Part shown: positions 31,722 to 46,845 of the stretch, in pieces
Position numbering within the stretch: the first letter of the stretch is position 1
Layout of the letters: each line of letters opens with the position of its first letter
Source: the human T2T-CHM13v2.0 reference genome, Homo sapiens
Length of the DNA stretch: 64,000 nt
Direction: 5' to 3' (one strand)
NCBI RefSeq assembly: GCF_009914755.1
Contig: NC_060940.1
Notes under the pieces: generated by a model
Seen by the model: only the letters and a program-made list of their open reading frames with translations
The model's database searches: none
What the model was told of the DNA's origin: nothing
Position numbers and translations under genes: made by a program

Positions 31722-34150
31722 TTACATGCTGTAGGTCATATTTGGAAACTAGTCTGCTGTGAGTTATCTATAATCTATAAAGGAATGCATCTTTAATAAG
31801 CAATGTTTTATAGTGGGGCCTTAAGAACCAGGAATCAGGTGTGTTGAACAGCCAGGGGCAGGCTGTTCAGAGCATGAACGTAGAAAGTAGTCAAACACCA
31901 AGATCCTGAGTTTTGAAAGAGCTTGGCTTATCTGAGATTTAATAAGTCAGTGAATGAGGGTGAGGAAAGTCCGGGGAATTGGAAAAGGTAGTCAGGGGCT
32001 ATACCAGGCAGGGCCTTAGAGGCCTTACTTTGGCTCAGCTAGGCCAGTTTATTTTTCATGTGATAGAATAAATTTAAATTTCCTCTTTTATTCCTTATCC
32101 TCAATGCAAACAAACAAAACCAACAAAGCTACATCTCTTGAAAATTAAAGGGAGAAATATCACATTCCTGGAACTATGCGCTAATATGTCTCTCTCCTCT
32201 GCACATGGACCCTGTGAACACAGCATTGCTAGTTCCTAATTAAATGCTTGGCCTGTAGTAGGTGTTCAATAAATATGTACACAAATGGTTTGTAACTGAC
32301 ATAAGGTATTTTATGTTTCTTGTTTTATAAGGCATCCTTAACACTGTGGGATCAGCACATAGGATTAAAATGATGTTTAAGACGAGATTTTAAGACAATA
32401 TGCAGTCTTTGAGTGACCACTGAGCAACTAGAAATCATAAAGAGAAACTCCTGGGGCTCAAGATTGTTGGTAAATTTTGACAATTTACTGACCATTTAAA
32501 ATTAACTTATTATTTTTCTTTGGCTATGAGTTGGTCCTTATCTCAATTATAATATTGGTTAAGATGTTTTTCATTTATTCATCCATCTAAGGTACATACT
32601 GGGCATCTGTTGCATTCTAGGCATTTATGCTAAATGCTGAGAAAACAATACGTGGTCACTGTTCTTACTGTTTAAGGAGTAAATTTAATATAAAAAAGGA
32701 AATGTGATAAAATATCTGTCACACAATTTTAGAATCTCTGGAATGCGAGGTGTTATCATGTACCATGGTACAGGCAGGATCTTATCCTCCCTGAGCTCAG
32801 AGTCTGGAAAGGAACCTATGCAAAGTAACATGCAAATCGCGGCATGCTGACATTTATCAGCAACCACTGTTGGATAATGTCAAATGATAGGCCTGATTGT
32901 ACATGCAAACAACAGAAGTATTAATATATATACATAGCAGATTCTTGAAAGTGCACTTGTTTGCAGAGAGTCTGAATATTTCACTAAAGTAATGAGGTAA
33001 AACATTGAAGGTTTTAAAAAATCAACAGATTTTATTCAAAAATTATGAGAAAAAAATTGTGCAGATCTTGGACCTCACACATATATTCCTGAAAATGCTT
33101 TCCAAAGATATTAGGATACAAGTAAAGATTTTACCACACAGATTTTTTTAAGCTTTTTTCTCATTTTTATTAATTCCCGTGCCAAGCATGCTTCCTCTTC
33201 TGTCTTTTATATTACTGAGTCTGGAAGGCTTGTCACTCAGAGTTCCGGATGGCCCATGCCATATAACCTCATTCAGATCCCTGTTTGAATGTCATCTTAT
33301 CATAGAGATATCTATCACTTCCTGTCACTCTGTCTTCTTTCTCTGCTTTAGTACGATTATTATAGTTTCATTATAGGACTTAACCACTGACTGCCATATT
33401 TAATGGCGTGCATTGTTCTTCTCGTCTATCTCTATCACTCAGTCCCCAGAACAGAAGCTCCATGAGAAAAGGGAAAAGTATTCCCAGTTTGGGAAAAGGT
33501 AGATATTGCACAGTGAGAAAATATTTCATAAATATTTGTTGAATGAATAAGTTACAAAAACAAAACAAACTAGATGTCCATCAGTAGGTTATTGGCCAAA
33601 TATTTTAGGTAAGCATATAATAAAATTCTATACGGCCTTTAAAATGGCATTTTTAGAAATAAGTATATATAGTTTTTTAACATGGCAACACGTTCATAGT
33701 AAAAAAAAAAAAGTACAATTTAGAAAACAGGCTTTTTACTGTTCAATATTATTGTTTCTCTGTTGCTCTCTTTGTATGCATATATATTTGTGTGTGTGTA
33801 TGAAAAAGAAATAAAGATGTTAATGGTAATTATTTTTCATATAAAAAATAAAATGATAAAGACATTTTTAGTCCCCAGATAAATTAAGCAGTTGTGTTGA
33901 GGTTTAAGAATTTTGTGGGTTTTGCTTGTTTGTTTCTCCAGAGTGACCCATATTGACTACATTTCAAAGTACTGTCACATCTAATATCTTTATATAGGCA
34001 GCCAGTTATTTAATACTTAATTCAAGAATTTCATAGAGATTGTATGTGCAAAAGTACTTGCGAAATAATATTACTGTAATATGCAATATTTTAGCATCCT
34101 AAACACACAGTTTTAAAATTTACCCCTAATATATGTTTTCAAATAAATAA

Positions 34151-34449
<299 letters not shown>

Positions 34450-36683
34450 TCAAATAATAAAAATTTAATGTAAGTAGCAAACTTTGTCTTCTGATTTCAA
34501 TGTGGCTTTTGAGTTTTGCTTGCTTACTTTTGTCTTCTCTCTACCAAATTTGGCATTAGTTTCTTTACTTATGAAAAACAACCTGTTTGTCTCCTCAGTT
34601 CCTGGATAAGTCTGAACTCTTCAAATATATTTACAAGAAAATTCTGGTCCTACTGCTTTGAAAATCTAGAAGGATAATTTTTATGAATATAATACCCCAT
34701 CTAAATGGTATTCCTTAGGCAATCTTTCAGTATTTCTCCCAATACGGATCAGTTTGTGAATTCCCAAGAAAGACCAAAAATACATTTTAAACTTCTTGAA
34801 ACTTTTTAAATCTTAAATTAAATGCTTAACTCTCTTTAAATGTGTGACACCATCCATCACAATTTTATATTTAGACACATAATAATGTATAATCTCAGCT
34901 TTCTGTCCACTTGTAAAAATGGGAATAGACTTGGAGAAATAAGCAATTTCCCAACAGAAAATTGGAAATTCTGCCAACCAATTCCAGGTGACCTGCCATC
35001 AATCAGTGTTAAATTCTCTGGGGCTATTGTTGAAGGGCATTGCTATTAGTGAACGGCTTTACCTGGTGACTAATGGTATATAACAAATACATTGAAGAAC
35101 TATGAAAACCCGCCGAATCTGTAATTGTCTGGTAACTTTCAGCAGAGACCTTTCCTGGTAATCGAGAAATAAAGTGAGATTTTATAACCTCCTTGCAGTT
35201 CTCTTATTACAATCTCTTTTTAGAGAAATAGGTGAAATAATTATGCCATGCAATTAAATTAAATTAGCTGACAAAATATTTCTTTATGACTAAGCTGTTT
35301 AACGTAGGCATTTGGAAATATGTGGTATCATTTAGAACATGTGCAAATGTGACAGTTATTCTGATTCTAAAGTTAAATAAGAAGTCTAAGTTTGTAACAA
35401 TCTCCCTGTTTGATATTATTAAGTAATTATGATTAATGTCTGAAATGTAATGTTCCATGGTTATAATTTCCTTGTTTGCTTGAGTGAGTACATTAGGAAT
35501 TCATTAAAAATGCAAGCTCTTCAGATACCTGAAAACTACAAATATAATGACGACTTTGGTGGAGGTTAGAAAGCATTTTTCAATAAGAAACCATGACTGG
35601 GGTGAACCAACAGCTGGCAGATAAACTATGATGGATTTCTAGTACTGAAATGAAGGAGCAGACAAATGGGTTTGTTCATTGATGTCAAAAATCAAATCCA
35701 TTCTGTTGTAAAGATCTAATCGCCAGGCAAAGCTGCCATTCCTCCAATTCTTACCTACAAAGATTGAAGCAGGTAAGACTTAAAGCTTGCAAAAGTGGCT
35801 CATGCTGGAGGGTAAGCCATGGATATATGAAGGCAGCTAAGAATCTGATGTTCTCAAAAAGCAGTTTGCCTTAAAGTAGTGAAAATAGTAAAATCAATCG
35901 ATTGATCAATCAATCCAGGAGTCACGAAATAGCTGCCTCACCAAGTGGTTGTGCAGATTAGAGGAAATGAAGTACATAAAACACCCAATCTTGTGTTTGT
36001 TCTATCTGGAAACTGTCATTTAAAGTGATGCTCTAGAGTTAGTTGTGTGGTGGTCAATCAATTGGCCTTTGTCCACTTAAGATGAAGTGATACAGTGAAG
36101 AGCAGGGTCCCTCCACCCTTATATCTCTTGGGAATATTGTCTCCAACTAAAAGAAGGCTGAAATTGCAAAAGGATTATTGACTACAGAAAAGCAAAGCAT
36201 GGACTAATGAGAAGAGAGCCTTGAAGGATTTCTTCTGAGCAAGCATGAGGCTGTACCATGGGAACCCATCAGAAATACAGTGTTGGGGGTGTATGGTGAT
36301 GGTTGTGAATGAAAATCAAATACCTGATTCAAGTTGGAGAAGGAATCTGTAAGGACTTACTTAAGAAAATCTCAAGACATAATATTTTTGCCTACTATTA
36401 TTACCAGCAGTGTACAAAATAGATCGTGCATGGGGTTTATATTTTGAAAGCTGTGCATAAGCCCTGAATACATTATGGGATTGGATAAAATAATCCAGAT
36501 TTAGGAAAGTGACATTTAACCATGGTCCTTCTGTAACTTGAATATAATTCTGCTTTGTTAACTGCAAGATATAATCAGTAGAATCAAGGAGGTCCTAAAA
36601 CAGGCAGCTAAAATAATCAATGGAATGATGCATTATTAGGTACACACTGTAAAAATTAGAATTTTATTATAGAGAAATAAGAT

Positions 36684-37030
36684 TATCTTAGTCAGCTTGG
36701 GCTGCCATAATAAAATACCACAGACTGGGTGGCTGAAACAACAGGCATTTATTTCTCATGGTTCTGGAGGCTAGGACGTCTGAGATCAGGGTGCAAGCAT
36801 GGTCGGTTCTACTGAGAGCTCCCTTCCTGGTTTGCAGGTGGCTTTTCTCTTGCTGTATCCTCACATGGTGGAGAGAGGAAGCTCTGGTGTCTCCTCCTCT
36901 TTTTATGAGGGCACTAATCCCATGATGGGGGCTCCACCCTTGTGACCCCATCTAAACCTAATCACCTCCTAAAAGCTGCTAATAACATCACATTGGGGAT
37001 AAGAGCACCAACATATAAATTTTGGGGGGA
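36684..37030 (-). mobile_element. MLT1A-like MaLR LTR
   Basis: cttagtcagcttgggctgccataataaaataccacagactgggtggct...gggggacacaaacatt. Confidence 0.8.
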
Positions 37031-37469
37031 CACAAACATTTCATTTATAAGGGTTATGAAGGCATATCCTTAAAGCCTATGAATTATAAGGTGGGTATAC
37101 AGAAGAGAATTTCCAGAAAAGTAGGACCAAGATAGCCCTTCCTACTACCATTTCATAGCTTGAGAGAGTTATAAGGCAATAAAAGGGAGTATTGGTACAA
37201 GAAGTGATGAAGATAGAACCTGTTATCACAGACAGCGTGCTGTAGTGGAGAGATGGTTGAACAAGAAATCAAATTCGCTTTACAGTCTTACCTCGTTGTT
37301 TTCCTTTAAACACATCTATTCAACTCTGTAAAACTCAGTTTTCTTATCTGAAAATTGGGAATCATGAAAGTTTTGCCCAACTCAGAGGAAGATTACAAGA
37401 ACCAAATTGCATAATGTCTGTGAAAGTGGTACCAAATGATAGGCAAATGGAAGGGATTATTACTGGCTT

Positions 37470-37928
37470 TAAAAGTTCTCCATTGCTGCTGTAACAAATT
37501 ACTATGAACTTATTAGCTCAAAACAATACGAATTTATTATCTTGCAGATCTGGAGGTTAGAAGTCCAAAATGAGTCTAATGGGACTAAAATTAAGGTGTT
37601 GGCAGGGCCATGCTCCATCTGGAGGCCCTAGGGGAGAATCTATTCCTTGCCTCTCCCAGCTTCTAGAGGCTGCCCATATTCCTTGGCTCATGGCCCCAAA
37701 TCACTCCAACTTCTGCTTTCTTTGTCACATTACCTTCTAGGACTGTGACACCCTTGTCTCCCTTCTGTAAGGACCCTGTGATTATATGGATCCCACCTAG
37801 ATAACCCAGGCTAATCCTCTCACCTCAAGGTTCATAACTTAATCACATCTACAAAGTCTTTTTATATTCATAGGTACCAGATATTAGGATATAGACATCT
37901 TTGGGGGGATCATTATCTGACTACCTCA
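37470..37928 (-). mobile_element. MLT1B/C-like MaLR LTR
   Basis: ttgctgctgtaacaaattact...ctggaggttagaagtccaaaatgagtc...ttaatcacatctacaaagtc. Confidence 0.75.
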
Positions 37929-37979
37929 ATTATCCCATGATGTAGTTTGGGTGGTTAATATAAGCAATGAAGAAAATCA

Positions 37980-38324
<345 letters not shown>

Positions 38325-39234
38325 ATGCCCAGGAGAATGAAACATCAACTTATTTTGCATAAACATATTTTCTCTTCTAAAACTAACCTGTTTTCTGGGA
38401 AAATGGAATTAGATACATTAATGGGTGGCAGTCATATGAATTAAGGATATGGCTTAGGGCTTCTTTTTATTGTCATTAGAAACAAATTAGATTGTTCTTA
38501 TGTTTGAAGAGTTTCCTAAAAATACTGCCTGAGTATTAACTGTTGTGTGTATGTTCTATAGGCTAGGGCACATTATATTTACTAACTAGATGGGAGTATA
38601 AATTAAAAAATAAAGCTAATTATCTTTTCAATACTACTTTCAGTTAATTTTCTCTTTAATATTAATAAGCCATATGCTCAGGTCTATGGCTAAGAGACCA
38701 GCCTTCTACAAGTCTTCAGCCTTACATAAAGTCTCTGTGGCATTTTTGGCAGGGAAGAGAAATTTGGGCTTGTCTTGGCTCCTTTAATTTTAAAGCTCTA
38801 GAGGGCAACTGTGCAATTTGAGGTGCTTCTGATATTGTCTTTCAGATTTGCCAAGGGACAAGACAGGTGACAAGATATACAATTTTTTCTGAAAATTGAG
38901 CAGCAGGAGTATTGCAGGATCTCTTCCAGTGAGAATAGAGACTCTGAAAGAATAGAACAGTAGTCGCCTCTTTGGTGTGGAGGCATAAGCATGCTGAGTC
39001 CATATGCCGTGAAGGCATAGACATCTTTGCTTATATTGTTATTCCGCTAGAGACTTTATCAGGTGGCACAGTGTTTTGGGTTATGCCTGAGAAGAGAGGA
39101 TGAGTGGTCCACACTGAGCCTTCAGAGTGTCCCTTAAACATTAAACTCACTGGAAGCTTAGCAAGAAACAAAGAAATAAGCACAGAGAATTGGCTTCCCA
39201 GTATTTCAGTTCTGCTTCGTATTTGGACTAAATT

Positions 39235-39276
39235 TTAAGTTGGTGTAAAAGTCATCGCGGTTTTTAACCAACCTAG
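39235..39276. mobile_element. internally deleted MADE1 (Hsmar1 mariner MITE)
   Basis: ttaagttggtgtaaaagtcatcgcggttttt resembles the Hsmar1 TIR (ttaggttggtgcaaaagtaattgcggttttt), joined to the right tip accaaccta. Confidence 0.7.
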
Positions 39277-39650
39277 TAGAAAGGAGGCAGCCTTTAAATT
39301 TGGGAACCTCCAAAATGAAAAAGGTAAGATTAAACATGCAGGAGCTGGGATGATTGCCCTTGCTGGATTCTTCACAAGTTTTCTGATTGCTTGGTCTTCA
39401 CATGGGCAGTACATGAAACTCTCCAGTATCTGGACCCTATTTTGAGTCCAGAAGACCATGCCTCCATGGGAATTCTGATCTCTTAGTTGTAAACCTGCTC
39501 CTCCCATGCTCCCTCTGAGTCCTACACTCAGGACTAGCCTTCTGAATACAACTCCATGACACAATGCTTCTTTGATTACTGCTCATCCACAAACTAGGTC
39601 TCTAGCCAGGTCTGCCTAAAATACACTTTCTCCTTTTATTATCTGACACC

Positions 39651-40821
<1,171 letters not shown>

Positions 40822-43800
40822 TTATCGTACTCGATTTAATGGAAGTGTTTATTTACCGTCTCTTAAACCTGCTCAGCTGTTAGTATTTTATCCTTCTCCA
40901 TATTATACCTAATATAGGTTCTAGCACATAATACACATACTTAATGAATGTGTAAATAAATGAATTAGTGTATGGATGCATGAGAGCTGTTCCAGCCTGA
41001 GTTTGTGCTGCTGAAACATAACTGCACAACTTTTTAGAACCATGCTTGTTACCATGAGATTTTCTGACAAAAGAGAAACTCATTACTGCTTAAATTTAAC
41101 TCATGATTTTACTTAATTGGGAGAAGCCATAGGTAAACATGTTGGCCATTACAAACTTATCTTAAAAATAAATACTATTTCTGTCTCTTCTGGTTTTGAG
41201 AGCAATAGTCAAGTGAGATGTTTATTTTGAAAAGAAAAGTGATAACACATATTAATAATATCAGTAACTGTCTTGCATTAGACTCTTGGGCATCAAGTAC
41301 TGTGAGAAGTACACTGGTGCAGAATTTCATTCTTAGAGCCATCTGTTTCTATTTACACAAGAAGAGCTAGGATTAGAGAAGTGAAGGAACTTGGGTTTTT
41401 TCTTTTTATGTTGTAAAGCCAGCACATGCCTTAGTTGAGGATCTAAACTTGGCTACTTCTACTTTAGAAGCTATGCTTTAAACTGTTATGTTAAGTTATG
41501 CAGGATTGAATAATCTGAAAAACCTAAAACGCTTTGGTCATACTTTTTTTTATGATATTTACTTAAGTTACAATCTCTGTAGCAACAACAGGGAGAAAGA
41601 AGACCACAGTACCACACAGCCAACAGGGACAGGATCTTCTACAACAACAAGTGAAGCAAGATATATATCATGAAATTGTGAAAAAAAAAAAAAAGCAAAG
41701 CCATGTGAATTTAAGGAAATGATTAGTTCCGGAGGTAGGGGGCTGGGAGAAGGGACTGTATTACACTTCCCATAGTCTAGCTTTTGCCTAATTTCAGTGC
41801 CATCTCATGCCACTCGCTAGACCCATCACATTGCAACTGTGTTCATGTCTTTCTTGATCCTTGAATTAATCAGATATTTCTGTCTCTGGGCTTTTGCGCC
41901 TACTGCTCCGACCTTCTGGAACTCTCTTTTCGTGGCTTTTTAAATGTCTGGATTATTGTCATCTTTTGTGCTTGGAGCATAATAGATAATAAATATTTTT
42001 TGAATAAAGGAAAAAAATCAGGGGCAGATGAGTTGCTGGCTTATTTAGCATCATTTTTATACTAATTTGCTTCCAGGGCTCTCTCTCCTACTGCACTTGG
42101 AGATATCGTTGCTGTTAAGCATGTGCCTTTTAAAAAAATTATACCCACAGAAGAGCGAGAGGGGAAGTGAACCAATATTAATTATTTGAGCATCTTTGAT
42201 ATACCACATGTTTACATGTAATTGCCCCTTAAATCCTCAAAACATCCCTTTGTAGCAGTTTACAAATGTGAAATTTGAGTTTCAGAGAAGTAAATGGTGC
42301 AGTAACAACTGTTAAAATGTAGAGCCAGCATTATAACCTAGGTCTATCTGATTCCAGAGGCCGTCTTCTTTCCACTATACCAGTGATCTGTATTAATGAA
42401 AGACTCAGAAAATTTACCTGTGAAAGAAAACAGGTAAAGCAATAGACACTAACATTAGGAACTGTTAAGAAAGATGTTTGCGAAGGGTGGATTTTACTGA
42501 ATTTCTCTATTTAATTCATCCTCTTCCCTCTCCTGGGATAACTGGATTAGCCATATGGCCATTGTGGACAAAATTTATCTTTGTGGAGTGTTAAGGGAGC
42601 AAGAGATTATCTCAGCCAAAGCAAAAACTCAATTTTTCTCTGCTGATAAACTTAGAGAAACAGCAATTAGGACACAGAAGTAGAAGCACTGGTCAACCAG
42701 ATACATTACATCAGGCCTCAGCCACCAAGGATTGATGGATGAAAGAGAAAACAGAAAACTGAGGGTAAAGAACACAGAATGCAAAGCTGTTCTATCAGCA
42801 AATGCCGTCTTGGGCTAGTACGTACAGAGAAACACCTCTTTACTATATTAAGCATGTTATCCTTGAATCCTGTAACTAGTGGACATGTGGGACAAGCCAA
42901 AAGCATGGGTTTTGGAGTCAGGCAAACATGCAGTGGATTCCCAGGTAATTAATTAATTAGATTCCCAATTATTTCTATTAATTAGTAGAAATTGACACTT
43001 AGGTCTTCAAGCTAAGCTCTCTTGGTTTCAATTTCTTCAGCAAGAAATGAAGAGTAACTCTAAAGTGATGTGAATAAACTTCAGTAATGCTGCAAAACAC
43101 TGCACAGAAAAGGTGCTTCATGAAATGAGCTATTGTTATAGTTAATGCTGTTAATAATCACAATAATAATCTGTTATAAGGATAAATATATTAGAAATAT
43201 AATGGTACATTATTTTATATATAACATAATCATTAAATAGAATTAATTGTAATTTGTTTTTGATGAAATGGTAAAGTACATAAAGAAAAATGCCGTACTT
43301 GCATTTATACCACCTATGTACTTTATCTTAAAATGAGATATTATTTCTTTAATATATATTTATGTGCAGTTACGGATTGTGCTGTCTTCCTTCATTTGTT
43401 TGAATAATTACTTCATGACTGAAACTTATAGAAACCTGATTAAAAATCACCAATAATGCTGTTTCTTTCCTGCTCTTCATGTTATTTAATAAGGTGTAAA
43501 AAACAATTATATCTCTTAATAAAAAGCTATCTAAGCAACTGAGTAGTCAGTATCATTACCTTTTTTTTTCCTTGCCTGGATTTTCAAGATAATCAATGAT
43601 CATTTTGTAACACTGAATAATTGAGCTCTCTTTGGGAACCTGAAAATAGAAAAATAGAAAAAAAAAAAAAGGAAAACTGACTTTTAAGAAGTCATGAATT
43701 AGGTTCTGCATACTAATCTCTATCTCTGCCTGAGGGTTCTGCCACCCTCCCGGATTCTGGTTCCTACCGTCAGGGCTCTCAGGGGAGCAGAAGTTTGGAA

Positions 43801-44404
43801 TCAAACAAGCATCTATGCTAATAATACTTAAAAAGCATTTAAGGAAACCATTAATCAGAATCAGGATGTTTCTAAAGTGGTGTTTGTCAGCTGAGACATT
43901 TAGACTTGTTCTAGAGACAAAGAAGAATGAGGTTAAATTAATCAAGTAATAACCAAACTTTTGCTTTGGTAAGGAAATTAAACACTCAATCTGCAAATCA
44001 GATGAAGGGTCCTTGTAGAGCTGGATCTATATGGCACTGGAAAAGTATTTCAGAGAGGAATAACAACATGTGGCTTCATAGAATATTGAATCCTATTGAA
44101 GACTTTCCTCTTTTTTGGTAAGAGCAAGGCGGTGAGTTTTTCTCAAAACAAATTTTGCTCAATTTAAAAGGCATGCTATTCTGAGATTATATCATATTGT
44201 ATCTCTATCTATACAATCTATTATCCGTGAATCATCTGTCTATCCCAAAATGTGGAGGGAAGTCTAGATCATTCTCATCTGACTTTGCAACTTAACTGGT
44301 CTTTGAAATTCCCATTCTGGGTACCAGTGATGTAGAGCAAAGACTTCAAGGATGACCTTGTAGCTCTGACTGTTAATTGGTTAGATAAGCTTCTTAGTCT
44401 CTTT

Positions 44405-45121
44405 TGAGAAATACAAATACAATTCTAAATGCCCCCCTCCCCAACTGACTGAATGGATCATCTCTTGGCCAAGGGGACTGTGAGAGAAACCCTGGAAGCT
44501 GAGTTCTCAGCCATAATGGGGTGAGAGGTCGGACTTGCCTGGTTATACCCTCTCCCTCATTACACCACCATTAGGCTTTCTTTTTAAAGCCTAAACAGAA
44601 ACCATCCCTTTCAAAGCACTCCACTGCTGATTTCAGCCAACCGCCTGATTGCTGCCCTTCCCTTTTGTGGCTTTGGCATAACCACTGACCAGCTTTTCTT
44701 CCTGATAAGACTGAGTGGTTCTTGCCAGTTTGCAAAGGATGCATATTGAGAGTTTTGGTGTCCTCTGCTTCACCTTTTGACATGAGAGGGCTGAAAACTC
44801 CACCCTTGGATTATACTAATATGGCCATTCTTTGAACATGGGTCCCATGGAGAGGCATGAAGCTCAACTGTGCATGTGTGTGTTTCTCCTTTCATAAATA
44901 TTCATGCTCTTCCAATAGCTGTTAGATATGTATATTTGGCCACCTCGTTCAGCATAAATTCCTGTCTTATTCTTCCTACCTTAAAAGTGTCTGTTTTCAT
45001 CTTCTGTCCAGAGGCTACACTCCCCAACCTGTTGGAAGGGCCACCCTGCAGGCTGCAACACTTTATGAGAAATAAAGCTCTGCTTTCCAAATTCATGAAC
45101 CTCATCATTCTTCAGTCAACA
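44405..45121 (+). mobile_element. ERV1-class solo LTR, MER39-like
   Basis: TG...CA ends, 4 bp TSD cttt on both sides, AATAAA near 45070, start tgagaaatacaaatacaattctaaatgcccccc. Confidence 0.78.
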
Positions 45122-45184
45122 CTTTCTCTAACTAAAACTCAGTTTCTCATCAGAGATTTATTTCAGTGATGAAGATGATCTGGT

Positions 45185-45350
45185 CCAGTGCTAAACACAG
45201 TGTGGTCTGAGGACCTGAAGCATCAACATCACTTGGGAGTTTGTTAAAGATGCAAAATCTCAAGGTCTATCCCAGACCTGAGTTAAAAATGTGTATTTTA
45301 ACAAGCTCTCTGGGTGATTTTGATGCGTTCTAAAGATGTGAATTACTAAT
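45185..45350. mobile_element. MER5A-like hAT MITE
   Basis: gcatcaacatcacttgggagtttgttaaagatgcaaaatctc...ttttaacaagctc. Confidence 0.65.
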
Positions 45351-45639
45351 CTCGCCCACAGATATGATGTTCTTGATTTGTAGCCACAGGATTATTTAAT
45401 TGCAAATTTTATTCTTGTTAGAGAGATTGGCTGTCCTGCTGAGATATCTATACCCTTTCACTTCCTAACCACAGTAGGTGGATAAATGACACTTTGTGGG
45501 TCAGGTTCCTGTAGACATTGGTGCCTTCTGGTTTGGAGGCTCTAAGAGATGAAACATTTCCACTTGGTTGAGAAGGCCTTCACTGTTTTACCCCAAAGAC
45601 TCAGTAGTTCTTCTTGATGAGAAGAAAAAACTTTACGTG

Positions 45640-45962
45640 GGCCAGGTGCAGTGGCTCCTGCCTGTAATCCTAGTACTTTGGGAGACCAAGATGGGAAGAT
45701 TGCTTGAGCTCAGGAGTTCAAGACCAGGCTGGGCAACATAGGGAGACCTGGTCTCTACAAAAAAAATTGAAAATTAGCTGGGTATGGTGGCATGCAGCCA
45801 TGGTTCCAAATACTCAGGAGGCTCAGGTGGGAGGATTGTTTGAGCTTGGGAGGTGGAGGCTGCAGTGAGCTTTAATTGTACTACTTCACTCCAGCTTGGG
45901 TGACAGAGTAAGGCCCTGTCTCAAAAATAAAATAAAATAAATAATAAAAATAAAAAACAAAA
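45640..45962 (+). mobile_element. AluJ-type SINE
   Basis: diverged full dimer with A-rich tail. Confidence 0.88.
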
Positions 45963-46289
45963 GACTTTGTGAAAGAAAGGAAATAATACGGGTAAACTAG
46001 GTAAGAATGCAGGTTGTGGAATTATTTTCTGTATTTCTATTACACAAGGTCAATAGCAGCTTCCCTTATTAACCTCCTTGAGCCTTTGTAAATGGTGATA
46101 ATTATAGGTTTTGTTAATATTAAATGAGATAATTCATGTATAAAACTTATCCTTAGTCTTGGTACACAGTAAGCACTAAATACATGTTATTTGTTCTTAG
46201 AGATTAATAGAAACTTTCCTGTAATGGGAATGGGGGCCAGAAGAGGAAAAATGTTGTGTGATTTTCACTCTTACGAATAAAATTGAAAA

Positions 46290-46845
46290 AAATACATAGG
46301 GACATACATTTACCCTATGACCCAGCAATTCCACCTTCTGGTTATTTACCAAAGAGAAACACAACATATGTCCCCAAAGGGCAAGGCTGTTCATAAGAGC
46401 TTTATTTTTAAAATTCTAAAACTGAAACAACCAAAATGTTCATCAACAGGTGAATGGACCTACAAATTGTGATATTTTCATACAATAGAATACTAGTCGA
46501 CCACAAAAATAAATGAACTCCTGATATACACAACAACAGGGATAACTCTCAAAACATGTTGAGCAGAATAAGCTAGACATGAAAGTGTGCATAGTGTATA
46601 TTCCATGTATATAAAGTTCCAGAACAGGTAAAGCTAAGCTAATGTGATAAAAATCAGAGCAGTGGCTGCCTTGTGGGGAGGGTGGACTATAGAGGGGGCA
46701 CTGGGAACTTTCTGGAGTGAAGGGAAATATTCCATATATTGATTGGGGTGGTAGTTACAAGGGTATATATGTTGTCTAGATGCATCAAGATGTGTACTTA
46801 GAATATGAGCATTGAATTCAATGTAAATATAAGCTCAATAGAAAA
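46290..46845 (+). mobile_element. L1ME-type 3' end
   Basis: ccctatgacccagcaattccac...aacaaccaaaatgttcatcaacaggtgaatgg. Confidence 0.75.
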
